Below, piece by piece: positions 11,264-23,716 of a DNA stretch of 64,000 nt (its first letter is position 1; every line of letters begins with the position of its first letter). Position numbers and translations under genes: made by a program. The stretch is taken from positions 12,338,001 through 12,402,000 of the forward strand of contig OZ231126.1 in NCBI GenBank assembly GCA_965153355.1, in the 5' to 3' direction. The notes under the pieces were generated by a model. That model made no database searches and was not told the origin of the DNA. It saw only the letters and a program-made list of their open reading frames with translations. The stretch is from Flaccisagitta enflata (taxonomy: Eukaryota).

Positions 11264-11370
11264 GTGTGGTAGCCTTGTTTTGAAAAAAAACTTCATGGTG
11301 CTTCAAGTCAAGTCGAACCTGAATAATCAACGTAACTCTGCCTCTGCAGTAGATAAGTAAATGTTTTCAG

Positions 11371-11623
11371 TTTTTAGTCGCCTGCACGCGACTCTACATC
11401 GCACTCTGTCCGTCTGTCGGATGGTCCATCGGTCAGTCCATCGGTCGGTCTGCAACGCTTAGCTTTTTTTGGTCATTTTACCCTATTCTAAGTCATTTTG
11501 AATTATTTAAAGTCAATTTAAGTCAATTTACATTTAGTCTCTTAGTCTTTTGGTCTTATAGTCTTTTAGTTTTGGTCTAATGTTCTTAACAACCGCACGC
11601 GACTGTAGGCTGTTGGCCTTGTT
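11371..11623 (+). mobile_element. HINE-like element in predicted intron 2
   Basis: tttttagtcgcctgcacgcgactcta ... gcacgcgact...ggccttgtt. Confidence 0.7.
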
Positions 11624-11660
11624 TTCTCAAATAGCATGATAAAAAAATACATTAATTGTA

Positions 11661-12070
11661 CCACGCGTATCAATAAAAAAGACGCACTTTTGAATAGCTT
11701 ATTGTGGCAACGAATTTAAAAAAAACCTATTGAAATTTTAGACTATCAGATAGCCGTTTGAAAATACTTTCATTTGGTTTCAATCTGGTATTTCTATCTT
11801 TTTTCGTTTAGAAATGGCAGTCGTTTGAATAAAAACTTTGCATTTTCATTTTCACAAACGCTTTATGAAAAGCGCATTTCAGCAAAATGGAGCTTCTCTT
11901 TGAAAGGCTCTAGCTCCTAAACCGTTTGAGATACAAACCTGGGATTGGTCTAGATTAAAAGATTTTTTGAAAATCTTTTAGTATGAATTTTTTTAAAAAA
12001 AGTTTTATTTATTTTTTGTATCTGTTTTATCAATGAAAAGAAAAGTTTGTTTCTTTTTTTATACGCGTGG
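11661..12070. mobile_element. TA-flanked MITE in predicted intron 2
   Basis: TA|ccacgcgtat...atacgcgtgg|TA. Confidence 0.7.
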
Positions 12071-12167
12071 TATGCGTATTAAACTGTCAACCACCAAAGA
12101 TAAATAAGCTCTGCTTTATCATATTCCTAGTTCATTATATTCATGCATGTCTTTGATTGAATTCTAG

Positions 12168-12282
12168 GTTTCGTTGAAAGGACAAACAAATTCGGCCAAA
12201 CACTCATCAAAGCCAAACATTCCAAATGGTCATGGAACCGATGAAGTTGGCGCAAAAGTGGCCAAAATATTTTTGCCCGAAG
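12168..12282 (+). CDS. Predicted exon 3 of the receptor gene
   Basis: attctag| acceptor; open in phase 0 (VSLKGQTNSAKH...KIFLPE). Phase-1 donor GAAG|GTAGAG at 12283, with an alternative phase-1 donor CTTA|GTGAGT at 12295. Confidence 0.65.
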
Positions 12283-12477
12283 GTAGAGCACTTAGTGAGT
12301 CATTAGCAGTCCAATGTCAACGGGCAGTTCGCCCTCGCCTAAAATTACCGTAAACATCACCAATGTGCCGACGGTTGACTATTGTTTCGATAGATTGTGT
12401 CAGTTTCACTACTTGTACCAACGTTCAAATTGTCTGTGTCAATATTGATTTAAATGGTTTTAATCATTCCTCAACAG

Positions 12478-12620
12478 GCTCCACTATTCGTATCCTGAAA
12501 CCGGAGCTTTGGATGGAATTCCTTTCCTTTGATTCTCTAGCTGGTGAAACGGTTGCCCATAAGTTCAAACCGGGAGACAACGTCTTGTCCGTCAAAGGCT
12601 TTGCAGTGGATCGAATCAAG
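12478..12620 (+). CDS. Predicted exon 4 (start of ubiquitin-like domain)
   Basis: cattcctcaacag| phase-1 acceptor; encodes GSTIRILKPELWMEFLSFDSLAGETVAHKFKPGDNVLSVKGFAVDRIK; AAG|GTAATG phase-0 donor. Confidence 0.72.
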
Positions 12621-12916
12621 GTAATGCGCCTCTGGGATACTCTGTTCTGCTTAGTGCTGACCCCTGATAGCACTTAACTACGACGCATTAGAAAATGTCC
12701 CTGGAGACATGGCAGCATAAGACAAATTAAAACATTTTAGTTGGCTAGAGCAAGTTGCTCTGAGCAACTTCACATGACGTGATTTGTATGTTATTGTGAC
12801 CGTTGCTATGCCGTTCACCATCACCATTGTTTATCCTAAACGGAAAATTAAGATCCATGTGGCATTTCACATCAGATTTTATGCATTTGAAATTGAAAGC
12901 GGTTCACTTTTTTCAG

Positions 12917-13135
12917 GCGCATTTCTCCGCTGACGCACAAATGGATCCCAACGAAATCGCTGTTCTGAGCGGCCATGAGGAATTGAAAGCAGCCCAGTTG
13001 CTCGTCGATTTCGTCTTTCCAAAGTATCACAAACTCACAATTCGATATCCAGACCGTCAAATAACTTTTCGAGAAAGACAACCGTCTTTGGAAATTGAAG
13101 AAGACAACTTTTTCGCGTTGTTTGACAATGAATGA
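12917..13135 (+). CDS. Predicted terminal exon 5 (rest of ubiquitin-like domain plus acidic tail)
   Basis: ttcacttttttcag| phase-0 acceptor; AHFSADAQMDPNEIAVLSGHEELKAAQLLVDFVFPKYHKLTIRYP...EEDNFFALFDNE then TGA. The five exons sum to 4641 nt = 1547 codons. Confidence 0.72.
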   Translation, partial: AHFSADAQMDPNEIAVLSGHEELKAAQLLVDFVFPKYHKLTIRYPDRQITFRERQPSLEIEEDNFFALFDNE

Positions 13136-13276
13136 TGAATTGTTTAATTTGATTGCCTGTCATTGGTATAACCACTGTTACAGTTTCGCTTCAAGTTTCA
13201 ATTATGGCATGGGGTTGAGCATAATATTTTCGCATGTTTAATGCTTTGCTTATATTGAAGGAGACAGGTTCAATCA

Positions 13277-13428
13277 TTTTTAGTTGCGGACACGCAACTC
13301 TATGAGAGCGTTTGTCCGTCCGTCTTTCCGTCGGTCCGTCGGTCCGTTGGTCCATTGGTCCGCTGGTTGAAAAGTGTGAAAACGCCCATCCGTCCGCAAC
13401 TGGTATTGACCGTGTATACGGCCTTGTT
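13277..13428 (+). mobile_element. HINE-like element in predicted 3' UTR
   Basis: tttttagttgcggacacgcaactc ... gtccgcaact...cggccttgtt. Confidence 0.75.
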
Positions 13429-13550
13429 TTAAAAACTTTTGCGTCGCTTATTGTCAAGTTATCGACAGCCGCGGCAATTTGATGTTAAGCTATTGCGTAG
13501 AATCTCATAAGTCGGAGTGCAAACGAAGACAAAATCTGATTTTCAGGCAC

Positions 13551-13556
13551 AATAAA
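13551..13556 (+). promoter_or_regulatory. Candidate polyadenylation signal of the receptor gene
   Basis: AATAAA about 415 nt after the stop codon; the AT-rich context makes chance occurrence possible. Confidence 0.35.
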
Positions 13557-14143
13557 TTGTTATATAAAGTTATCTTAGTTACTGATAAGTTTTGAAATAA
13601 AAAAATTGTATTCCTTATTTCTTTAAAAATAAAAAAAATGATTACAATATAAAAAGGTCTTAATGTATGTTCATAAAAACTAAAGTTATTCTATAAAACA
13701 TGAAAATTTCTCCCAAAAATGAGAGGAAAAATTTAGAAAGCTGTTGGGTAAAATTATAATGCTGCCTCTGAATGCAAAATTTTGCATTTCCAAACACATG
13801 GCCCTGATCTTATGAGTGTTTAGAAAGACGCCATGTTTTTGAAAATGACAATTTTTGAATCTCTATGCAAAATTATAATTTTACCCAAGACATGTCAGAT
13901 TGTAAAATAGGATTTTCCTTGAAAACTTCCTCATTTTGGACGTTTATCCCTCCGTTTCACAATTACTTTGGACACAAAAATGGTTTTTATGCAAAAATAG
14001 TCTAAAACCAAACTAATAATTATTTTTCATTGATGAAATATACAAATTTACAACATCTATGATATTGCTAAAAACCATTTTGACTGATCAAATTTTGTCT
14101 TCGATTGCACCCCGACTTACTTTCATCGTGGTTGTTTCTCATC

Positions 14144-14209
<66 letters not shown>

Positions 14210-14456
14210 ATTTGGATGACGGTTGATGGGAAATGGGGAAAGGGGCTGGGGGATTTTGGAGGGAAAAAATTACTCAAGTCAGAGAGGAGAGATAGGATGG
14301 AAATTTGACTCTTCTTCAACTTCAGTTATCCTTTGATGTGTCGCATGATTCCTGTCCTTCTTTCTCCATCCTTGTCTGTCTGTCCGTCTCTCTGCCTCTT
14401 TGACTCTATGTTTTTCTTTTTCTGTCTGTCTGCATGCCTCATTGGCTCAATCTAGG

Positions 14457-14551
<95 letters not shown>

Positions 14552-15203
14552 AAAGCGAGGAAAGTTTCGCCTTAAGGCCCTTCCACTTGTTCATTTGATT
14601 CCAGTTGTTCTTTTGATACTTTTGCATGTTTTCTATCATGTTTTTTTTTTCAATTTTGTTCTTTTCCCCTTCCTTTATTCATGATGAGGAACATAAGCCG
14701 ACGGAATATTGAATTCCTTATCGGTTTGCAGGAAATTTGAGAAGAAAAGTAGCTCCTTTTGCTCAGGACCATTTTTTTTTGAACATTCAATGCCAACAAT
14801 TGAAGAATAAAGTTGTAGGCAGAGATCTATGGAGAATTTACAGTCGCGTGCATGCTATTGTACATGTATAACCCACTTGGTGCGTCAGAAAGTCGGCCCG
14901 TCTTTCCGTCCATAACATTGCGCTTAGAATTGGAATGTTGAAATTGTTGATGTAGGCTCATTATTCATTGGATTATGAAAAGTCAATGATTTCATTTTTG
15001 TTTCTTTTTTACTACAGAAGAAAATCATTCTAACGAACACGCTTCTTACGAAATTCCGCCTCTAACGAATATCTTTGGAAATCCCATCATTCTTTCTTCA
15101 GATTCTTTGTTAATAAAAATTGCCTAAAACGAACTGTCACTAACGAAAAACCGCCTGTAACAAAGTCTTTTCCAGTGAAAATGGTATTTCAGAGTGACGT
15201 TTA

Positions 15204-15731
15204 CAGTCAGCGGACAAAACACAATAGGTATATATATCACTCCGTTGGTTTTGATCTAACCCACTGATGTTGAACAGAATGCTGTAAACAATAACTGGTT
15301 GTTGAAATTACAGCCGGCTGTTAAGTTACGAAGTAGGCAAAAATTAAACTTTCACCAATTAGAATAAGACCTGCAGATTCATAATCCTGATGAAATTCTG
15401 AGAAGTTTGATATGTCACAACATATACTTGTATATGAAAATAATTTTTTTTTATTAATGTTTAATTCAATTATAACGCAATGTTAAAAGAAATATTTCTT
15501 ACAAAAAATATCAAGTGTGACATATCAAACTTCTCAGAATTTCATCAGGATTGTGAATCTGCTGGTCTCATTCTATTTGGTGAAAGTTGGATTTTTGCCA
15601 ACTTTGTAATATAACAGCCGGCTGTAATTTCAACAACCAATTATTGTTTACAGCATTCTGTTTGACATCATTGGGTTAGATCAAAACCAACGGAGTGATA
15701 TATATACCTATTGTGTTTTGTCCGCTGACTG
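15204..15731. mobile_element. Near-perfect palindromic MITE (about 530 bp)
   Basis: TA|cagtcagcggacaaaacacaataggtatatatatcactccgttgg mirrored at the right end; arms pair over about 215 bp. Confidence 0.9.
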
Positions 15732-15813
15732 TGTAACGAATTTTGTCATTGAGAGAGTAAGAAAGGAAAAAAAGGGAGAAAGGAAGAAAAAAGAAAGAAA
15801 GAAAGAAAGAAAA

Positions 15814-15854
<41 letters not shown>

Positions 15855-15943
15855 AAAAAAGAGAGAAAGAGAGAAAGAGAGAGAAAGAAAGATTGAAAGA
15901 AAGAAGAAGAAGAAAAAAAATGAAAGGATGAAAAGAAAGAAAG

Positions 15944-16250
15944 AAACAAGCCCGACCGGGTAAAGATGCGTCCGGGCTGTGTCTCTGTGTGTATTGAACA
16001 TGTGACATATATGGAGAGACAGATGGACAAACAGACAGATGAAACGACAAGAGTAGTAAAGGAAGCCTTCAAAACATGTTTGTCGATCATTTGATTCAGT
16101 ATAGGATCTCATCGTGGCCAAAAATAACCGAGGAACGCGGTTTTGGCACTTGCGTAACAGACAGACATACCGACGGACGGACGGACGGATGGACGGACGG
16201 ACGGACAGACCCTCTTATTGAGATGCGTTCCTGATGGACGCATCTAAAAA
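15944..16250 (-). mobile_element. HINE-like element (gatgcgtc subfamily)
   Basis: aacaagcccgaccggg...gatgcgtcc ... (ggac)n cctcttattgagatgcg...gacgcatctaaaaa; longer relative at 30049-31075. Confidence 0.7.
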
Positions 16251-16274
16251 CAAGTGATCCTAGAGAGAAGGACA

Positions 16275-16351
<77 letters not shown>

Positions 16352-17169
16352 TGTTTGTGTGTGTGTGTGTGTGTGGTATGCTATTTGTGTGTGTGTGTGT
16401 TATGCTATTTTACTTTTCTGTTGTCGTTCTAAATTGACAAAACAATTTTGAGGGACGTTTAAGCTTCTATAATACTAGCAATTGTTTCTCTATGGCTACA
16501 GCGAAATTAGCCTATAACGAAAAAATATCAGGTTCCCTTGGGCTTATTTAGAAAGGTTTTTAACTGTATGAACTGAGTAAAAACTATTTGTTTGACAAAT
16601 TTAGCATCACTGATTCTATTTTGATCAGTGTTAGCAGTGAAAGAATTGTTGTTGGGTCAAGGTTAGTATTGCTGTAGATACTAAACAGATGCAATGATCA
16701 TTAGTAAGTGGAAGTCAAAGGGGAAAAAAATTTGAAATGAGATCTGACTGGAGGATGATTAATGACAGAAATTACCTGATTTGACTTAAATCGGTCCCTC
16801 CTGCTGTCAACGCGACTCCGTGCCCAAGGCCCCGAATTTCAACGACAATCGACAATATCGAACTCTCTTTCTATATGACATGAGCCTGCTCAAACTTCTC
16901 TCCAATTCCATCGGGAGCGCAGATTATCAGTTCGATGATGTTTCGCTGAGTTAGCTACACTCTAACTTGCCTGTGTAGTTAGAGCAGTGAGGCAAGCCAC
17001 TGGCGGAGGCGAACGCGACACGACAAGATTCTATCTGTGGACGATGCAAAACATAAAAGGTGCACATTTTCAAACAGGCCTTAACTTACCAATAAAGGCG
17101 GCTAATCCCGTAGGAAAAAAGTCGTAAATGCTGCTCGAGAAAATGAGTGAGGAAAAGAGACAGGGAGAA

Positions 17170-17254
<85 letters not shown>

Positions 17255-17733
17255 CAGACAGACAGAAAGAGAGAGACCAAGAGAGGGAGAGACTTCAACT
17301 AACTCGATTCCGCGTTTTTGGGAAAAATGCGAACAATGCAAAAAAATAAAAAAAATTTAAAAAAATCATAGCTCCAAAACTATCGATCGCACAGAATTCT
17401 GCTTGGCGTCATCTGAAAGAGGAGAATTAGCTCTTTTTTAGCTATTGATTTCAGGCGTAGTCCCATTCTGCCCCCAAAATGCATCAACTTTCTCAAACGC
17501 TTCATAAAACAAAGGGAAATCCGCTTTTCTCTGCAGGACTCAAAAAGACCGAAGGGACTTTGTCTCTTCGACTTTTTTCCAAATTACTTATTGTGATTTT
17601 AGAGGTACCGAAACCTTACGACTGTAAGACCATTCCATTTTAAAAAGACGGAAAATGAGGGAAACAATGAACAACTGGATTTGTCGAGTAATCGGCTCTT
17701 AAAAGAGCTCACTTGCGTTTTTTTTTTGATGGA

Positions 17734-17872
17734 TTTTTAGGTGCGCCAAAGCACCTCTATAACTGGCTGTGTCCGTTGGTCGGTCGGTCGGTCGGTCGGT
17801 CCGTCTGTTGGTCAGTAACGCATTAGTTTGACGATCCACACGGCGCATCTTATTGGCGTAATTTGCCTTGTT
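17734..17872 (+). mobile_element. HINE-like element (ggtgcgcc subfamily)
   Basis: tttttaggtgcgccaaagcacctctataa...(gtcg)n...ggcgcatct...gccttgtt. Confidence 0.65.
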
Positions 17873-18151
17873 TAAAAGCATTTCCAATCCTGCCCAACCG
17901 CGAATTACTTACTGTGACCATATTTCTGCCTTGATTACTTCGAATTCGAGGACCATTCGAACTAATCAAGGTTCAGTAACATAGTTATGGCATAGTCTCG
18001 ATTCTCTTTGACCTATGATAAGCCGCGATTCACATGTCTATTTGTAGTATGTCCGTCCGTTTGACTGTCCATTCTTCGCTGTATCTGTCTGTCCGATCAC
18101 CCATGCTCGCGTTCCTCTTGATATCACACCAAACAATTTTTATTGCGTTCC

Positions 18152-20010
18152 TTTTTGTCCGCGACGGAATATCATTCCGACGCGGACTATAAGTCAAGGC
18201 GGGTGGGTGTCGTTGTCGTCGTCGTCGTCGTTGTCGTTAGGGATTTTAAAAAATGGATAACTTTTTAATGCTTTGATCGATTTGGTTGATATTTGGTGGG
18301 AAGTTGTACTAGGGTAGGGCGCTTTACATCCTATCCGATTTTTGCGATCCGACCAACCCAACCGGCCCAACCAGCCTACCAGCCTAAAAGTGAAAAACGT
18401 GCATAACTTTGGCATTTTTCAACCAATTTGGTTGAAATTTGGTATGGAGTCTCTAAATGGAAGGACTCAACATGTGTATGTGATTTATATGCATTTGAGC
18501 ATGCTAACCGGCCAAACCGACCTACCATCCAACCAGCCAACCAGCCTAAAAGTGAAAAACTTGCATAACTTTGGCATTTTTCAACTAATTTGGTTGAAAC
18601 TTGGTATGGGGTCTCTAAATGGAAGAACTCAACATATGCGCACTATTTATCCTGTCAAACCAGCCTACCACCCAACCAGCCTACCGGCCTAAAAGTGAAA
18701 AACGTGCATAACTTTGGCATTTTTCAACTGATTTGGTTGAAATTTGGTAAGGAGTCTTTAAATGGAAGGACTCAACATGTGTATGTGATTTATATGCATT
18801 TGAGCATGCTAACCGGCCAAACCGACCTACCACCCAACCAGCCAACCGGCCTAAAAGTGAAAAACTTGCATAACTTTGGCATTTTTCAACTAATTTGTTT
18901 GAAACTTGGTATGGGGTCTCTAAATGGAAGAACACAACATATGCGCACTATTTATCCTGTCAAACCAGCCTACCACCCAACCAGCCTACCGACTCAAAAG
19001 GGAAAAACGTACATAACTTTGGCATTTTTCAACCGATTTGGTTGAAATTTGGTATGGAGTCTCTGGCCCAATAGTGAAAAACTTGCTTAATAGGGTGGTC
19101 CCGAATTGGGTCAAATTTCATATATTGATATACTTGAGCCCTTTGCACAAATGTCCAATAAAAGAAGGATTCTCACAAGCTAGGGTGTGAAATCAAACAA
19201 GAAACCTTGTCGGCAAAACTATAGGGTTGCTATGGGGATTTTTTTATTGCCATAGAAAGCCTATAGTTTTGCCGCCATGGTTTAATCTTCAAATACAGAC
19301 CTCTACTTGTGGGAAAACCTTCTTTTTTGGTACATTTATGCAAAAAACTAGAGTATATCATTTTTTGAAATTTGACCCTATTTCGTGACCACCCTATTGC
19401 TTAACTTTGTCATTTTTCAACTAATTTGGTTGAAATTTGGTATTGGGTCTCTAAATGGAAGAACTCAACATATGCGCAATATCTATCCTGTCAAACCGGC
19501 CTACCACCCAACCAGCCTACCAACCAAAAAGTGATAAATGTGCATATCTTTGGCGTTTTTCAACCAATTTGGTTGAAATTTGATATTGAATCTCTAAATG
19601 GAAGGACTCAACACATGTATGTGATATATTCATGTTTGAGCATGCTAACCGGCCAAATCAACCTACCACCAAACCAGCTTACCGGCCTAAAAGTAAAAAC
19701 TTACATAAATTGGACATTTTTCAACTAAATTGGTTGAAACTTGGTATGGAGTCTCTAAATGGAAGAACTCAACATACGCACACTATTTATCTAAACCAGC
19801 CTACCACCCAACCACCCTACTAGCCTAAAAGTGAAAAACGTGCATAACTTTGTCATTTTTCAACGGATTTGCATGAAACTTTGTATGGCGGCTCTAAATG
19901 TAAAGACTTATAGTTTTGGCGAACTTACAGGGTTAGCGATCTTTTGGTCATAGCGATCTTACGGAGTTGGTGATCTTTAACCCCCTTCCGTCGCGGACCC
20001 AGATACTGTT
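18152..20010 (+). mobile_element. HINE-like element carrying a 305-bp (162+143) tandem array
   Basis: tttttgtccgcgacggaa ... ttccgtcgcggac-ccagatactgtt; cctaaaagtgaaaa at 18383, 18545, 18688, 18850. Confidence 0.7.
19091..19396. mobile_element. hAT-type MITE with 8-bp TSD
   Basis: ttgcttaa|TAGGGTGGTC...GACCACCCTA|ttgcttaa. Confidence 0.85.
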
Positions 20011-20243
20011 CAGATTTTTTTTCTCAATTCGATGTTTATTCCCAATATCTGACCTTATAAAGCAAACCACTTCTTCCTTCAAACGAAACGATGTCGTTGT
20101 ATTGAAAGGACTGTTCCTGAACGGAGAGAAAGCTGAAACGTTTTTTTTTCCTTCGGATTTTTCTTTTGATTTCTTCGTCGTTTTATGACTTATCCATTTG
20201 TTCTAATACCGGCTCATTAAATGAGTTCTATTCTTCGCTCTTC

Positions 20244-20334
<91 letters not shown>

Positions 20335-20656
20335 TTTTTAATGAGGCACTCAAATCATTCTTTATTTTCTGCATCTTTTTCTCTTTTAAATCAGACTGAT
20401 CTGTGTTTCTTCCTGTTTTTCTCTGTTATACACAAATAGTTCGAATGTTCGTTTCGGATTGTTAACTCGTCCAAATTATTTTTTACGATTTTTTACGATT
20501 TCGACTTCCTTTTCTTTTCTTTTTTACGGAAATCTTGTAAAAATTCTTGTCCGTAAAATCCACGTCTTTGTTTCTTCTTTGTTTCAAGTTGGTTTTGCCT
20601 TATGTTGCCCATTTTTATTTCAATGTCCTTTTTTATTAGTCTTCTGTGTGTGTGTG

Positions 20657-20721
<65 letters not shown>

Positions 20722-20974
20722 TTCTATCCTAATTTTGCATATGTCCTTATTGTCATACTGCACGACAAAAGATCGTTTGAAACAATCACAAAAAGCCATC
20801 AAGCTTACATAAGTTTTCTTAAAAATCGCTTTATATTAGGAATGACCACAGGCGAGGCACAATTTCTATAACTAGTTTAATTCATCTTTTATTTTTTTCA
20901 ACAAACAGGGAGCTGTTGTTATAAATGACTCACATAATGTGCCCAATTTCTTCACCTACTTTTTTCCTCTCCAT

Positions 20975-21190
20975 CTTCTTCTTCTTCTTCTTCTTCTTCT
21001 TCTTCTTCTTCTTCTTCTTCTTCATCTGATTCTTCTTCTTCTTCTGCTTCTTCTTATTCTCCTTCTTCTTCTCCTTCTTCTTCTTCTTCTTCTTCTTCTT
21101 CTTCTTCTTCTTCTTCTTCTTCTTCTTCTTCTTCTTCTTCTTCTTCTTCTTCTTCTTCTTCTTCTTCTTCTTCTTCTTCTTCTTCGTCTT
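20975..21190. repeat. (CTT)n microsatellite
   Basis: Directly visible. Confidence 0.95.
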
Positions 21191-21624
21191 CCTCCTCTTT
21201 TTCTCCTTCTTCTCCCCTCTCTTCTCCTTTTCCCTCTTTCTCTTCTTTAAATTCTGCCTACTTTTCTTGCCACTCAACCCACTACTCAAAGTAATCCCCA
21301 GGTCGTTACTTTACTACAGATGAGTGTGTTTAAGTGAGATTTATAGTGATTACCGACCTCTTCATGTACAATTATCCGTTTAATGACATGAGACTTACTA
21401 GTTCTCATTCAAGAAATTTACAGCTCCACCGAATTACGCCCTCGAAGTATACTTGTGTGGATAAACTACGTTTTAAGATCACCTGACCTAACAATTCCCC
21501 ATGTCTGTCCGTCGGTTGGTCGGTAACATTGATCTTTTTATGGACAATTTAGGGACATTGCGAATCCCCAAATGTGCGCGAATGCTTCTTTAGGTGACTA
21601 CGCCTGTATCAGACCTTTTTCATC

Positions 21625-21840
21625 ATACCAACACAAATACCGAAGTTGCGTACGGGTGGGCAGGGGCAGTTACAAAAAAGGCTAGCCAAGTATTTGGGCA
21701 GGAGCATTCATGCAAAAAAAAAAAAAAAAAAAAAAGAATTGCCCGAAAACGCCGAAAAAGCTAAGTGTGACCAATCAACCATCAAACCATCCGACCGACC
21801 GACATAGCGGGTTATAAAGTCGCGTGCACGCGACTAAAAA
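21625..21840 (-). mobile_element. HINE-like element
   Basis: cgggtgggcaggggc ... gtcgcgtgcacgcgactaaaaa. Confidence 0.65.
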
Positions 21841-22049
21841 GATTTGTCTAATTCTTTAAAATGATACACATTTATTAGTCTTTTTTCTAGTTGGTCTTTT
21901 TTCCTCCTCTGCCTTCTCTCGTTAGCGATGTCAGACGACCCCCCAGACGGATAATAACCCCCTTTTACGAAACCCCCAATAAGATAATGACCCCCTTTAT
22001 AACGCATCTCGTTAACGACGCAGACATCCCCCCTTCTTTCATCTTCCAC

Positions 22050-22124
<75 letters not shown>

Positions 22125-22162
22125 TCTGTCCTGTCCCGGGACCCGTTGATCTCTATATATAT

Positions 22163-22234
<72 letters not shown>

Positions 22235-22601
22235 TTCGTTACTTTGAAACACTTTTTTATATGATTAAATCTTGTGGGCCACCCAGGAAGTCAACCTTTG
22301 AAAACAGACAATTTTCACCAATAAAATCGACGCTTATTTCCTTTTTCTTTTATCTTATCTTTCTTTTTTTTCCCTTCCTTTGAATCTGTCTTTAACTCAT
22401 TTTTTTTCTCAACTCATTCCTAATTTTTCATTCATACATGCTATCTACTATATCTTAAGATATTCTATTCTGTATTGCATTGTCACGTTGTAGAGCACTT
22501 AATCATGCAACATGGCCGTAGTAACTAGTAAGGATTTGCTCATAGCACAATTTGATTTGCAATTGAAGTTTCTTGCTATGTGCCATGATGAAGTTTGTGG
22601 C

Positions 22602-22865
<264 letters not shown>

Positions 22866-23199
22866 TTTGATGTTGTAGTTACTGTGTATGCAGAAAAAGT
22901 TTTGTCGTTTCTTGCTGTTCAACATGTCTTTTCTCAAGAACAAATTTGTTCTTTTTTTCTTAGATGCCTTTTTATGGTTTTGATGGTGCCATTTCTTAAT
23001 GATTTTGAAGGTGTTATATCATGATTGGGAGCTATAAATCCTTTGAACCGATCATTTTTTTTGATCAACTTTTGTGTTTCATTTTTTTCCCTTTTTAGAA
23101 AAACAAGTCTTTTAACTTTAAGTACTCTTAGGCAATTATTTTTCTGAAAGAGGATTAAACGCCATCTAGCATCAATGACGACTTTTTAAATTGTATAAA

Positions 23200-23403
23200 A
23201 AACGAGGCCAACACTTAACACGTGCGAGACTTACATTTAGATGACTTAGAATGACTTAGTATATTATCAAATGACCGAAAATGACTTAAGGAAAAAATTG
23301 AAAAAAAAAAAGAATTGTTAAAAAAAAGTGTGATGGACCAACAGACCAACCAATGGACGGATGTACAAAGCGGGGTGTAGAGTCGCGTGCACGCGACTAA
23401 AAA
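23200..23403 (-). mobile_element. HINE-like element
   Basis: aggccaacac...gtagagtcgcgtgcacgcgactaaaaa. Confidence 0.7.
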
Positions 23404-23539
23404 GATTAGAGCGCGCCAAACTGAGCTGGAAAGGAAGAAGGGCCAAGTAAGGAGTTCCAATCCAGGTGGGCAATTGGACGTGGGGAGTAAGGAGTGATGG
23501 TGTTCTCTCAGGAAAACGTTAAGAAAGGGAGGAAGAAAA

Positions 23540-23595
<56 letters not shown>

Positions 23596-23620
23596 AAAAA
23601 AGAAAGAAAGAAAGAAAGAA

Positions 23621-23716
<96 letters not shown>

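Noticed and set aside
7127-11272. Calling the gene a canonical Toll/TLR, IRE1, RNase L or plant-type LRR receptor kinase
   Set aside because: No TIR, no IRE1 luminal domain, no ankyrins, and the kinase is degenerate and KEN-linked; no gene symbol assigned.
12363-13135. ORFs 12363-12677 and 12803-13135 as separate small genes
   Set aside because: Their protein-like parts are bounded by phase-compatible splice sites and join into one Ubl-like domain.
18342-19823. Repeated ORFs (NFGIFQPIWLKFGMESLNGRTQH)
   Set aside because: Frames break between units; these are translations of a non-coding tandem array.
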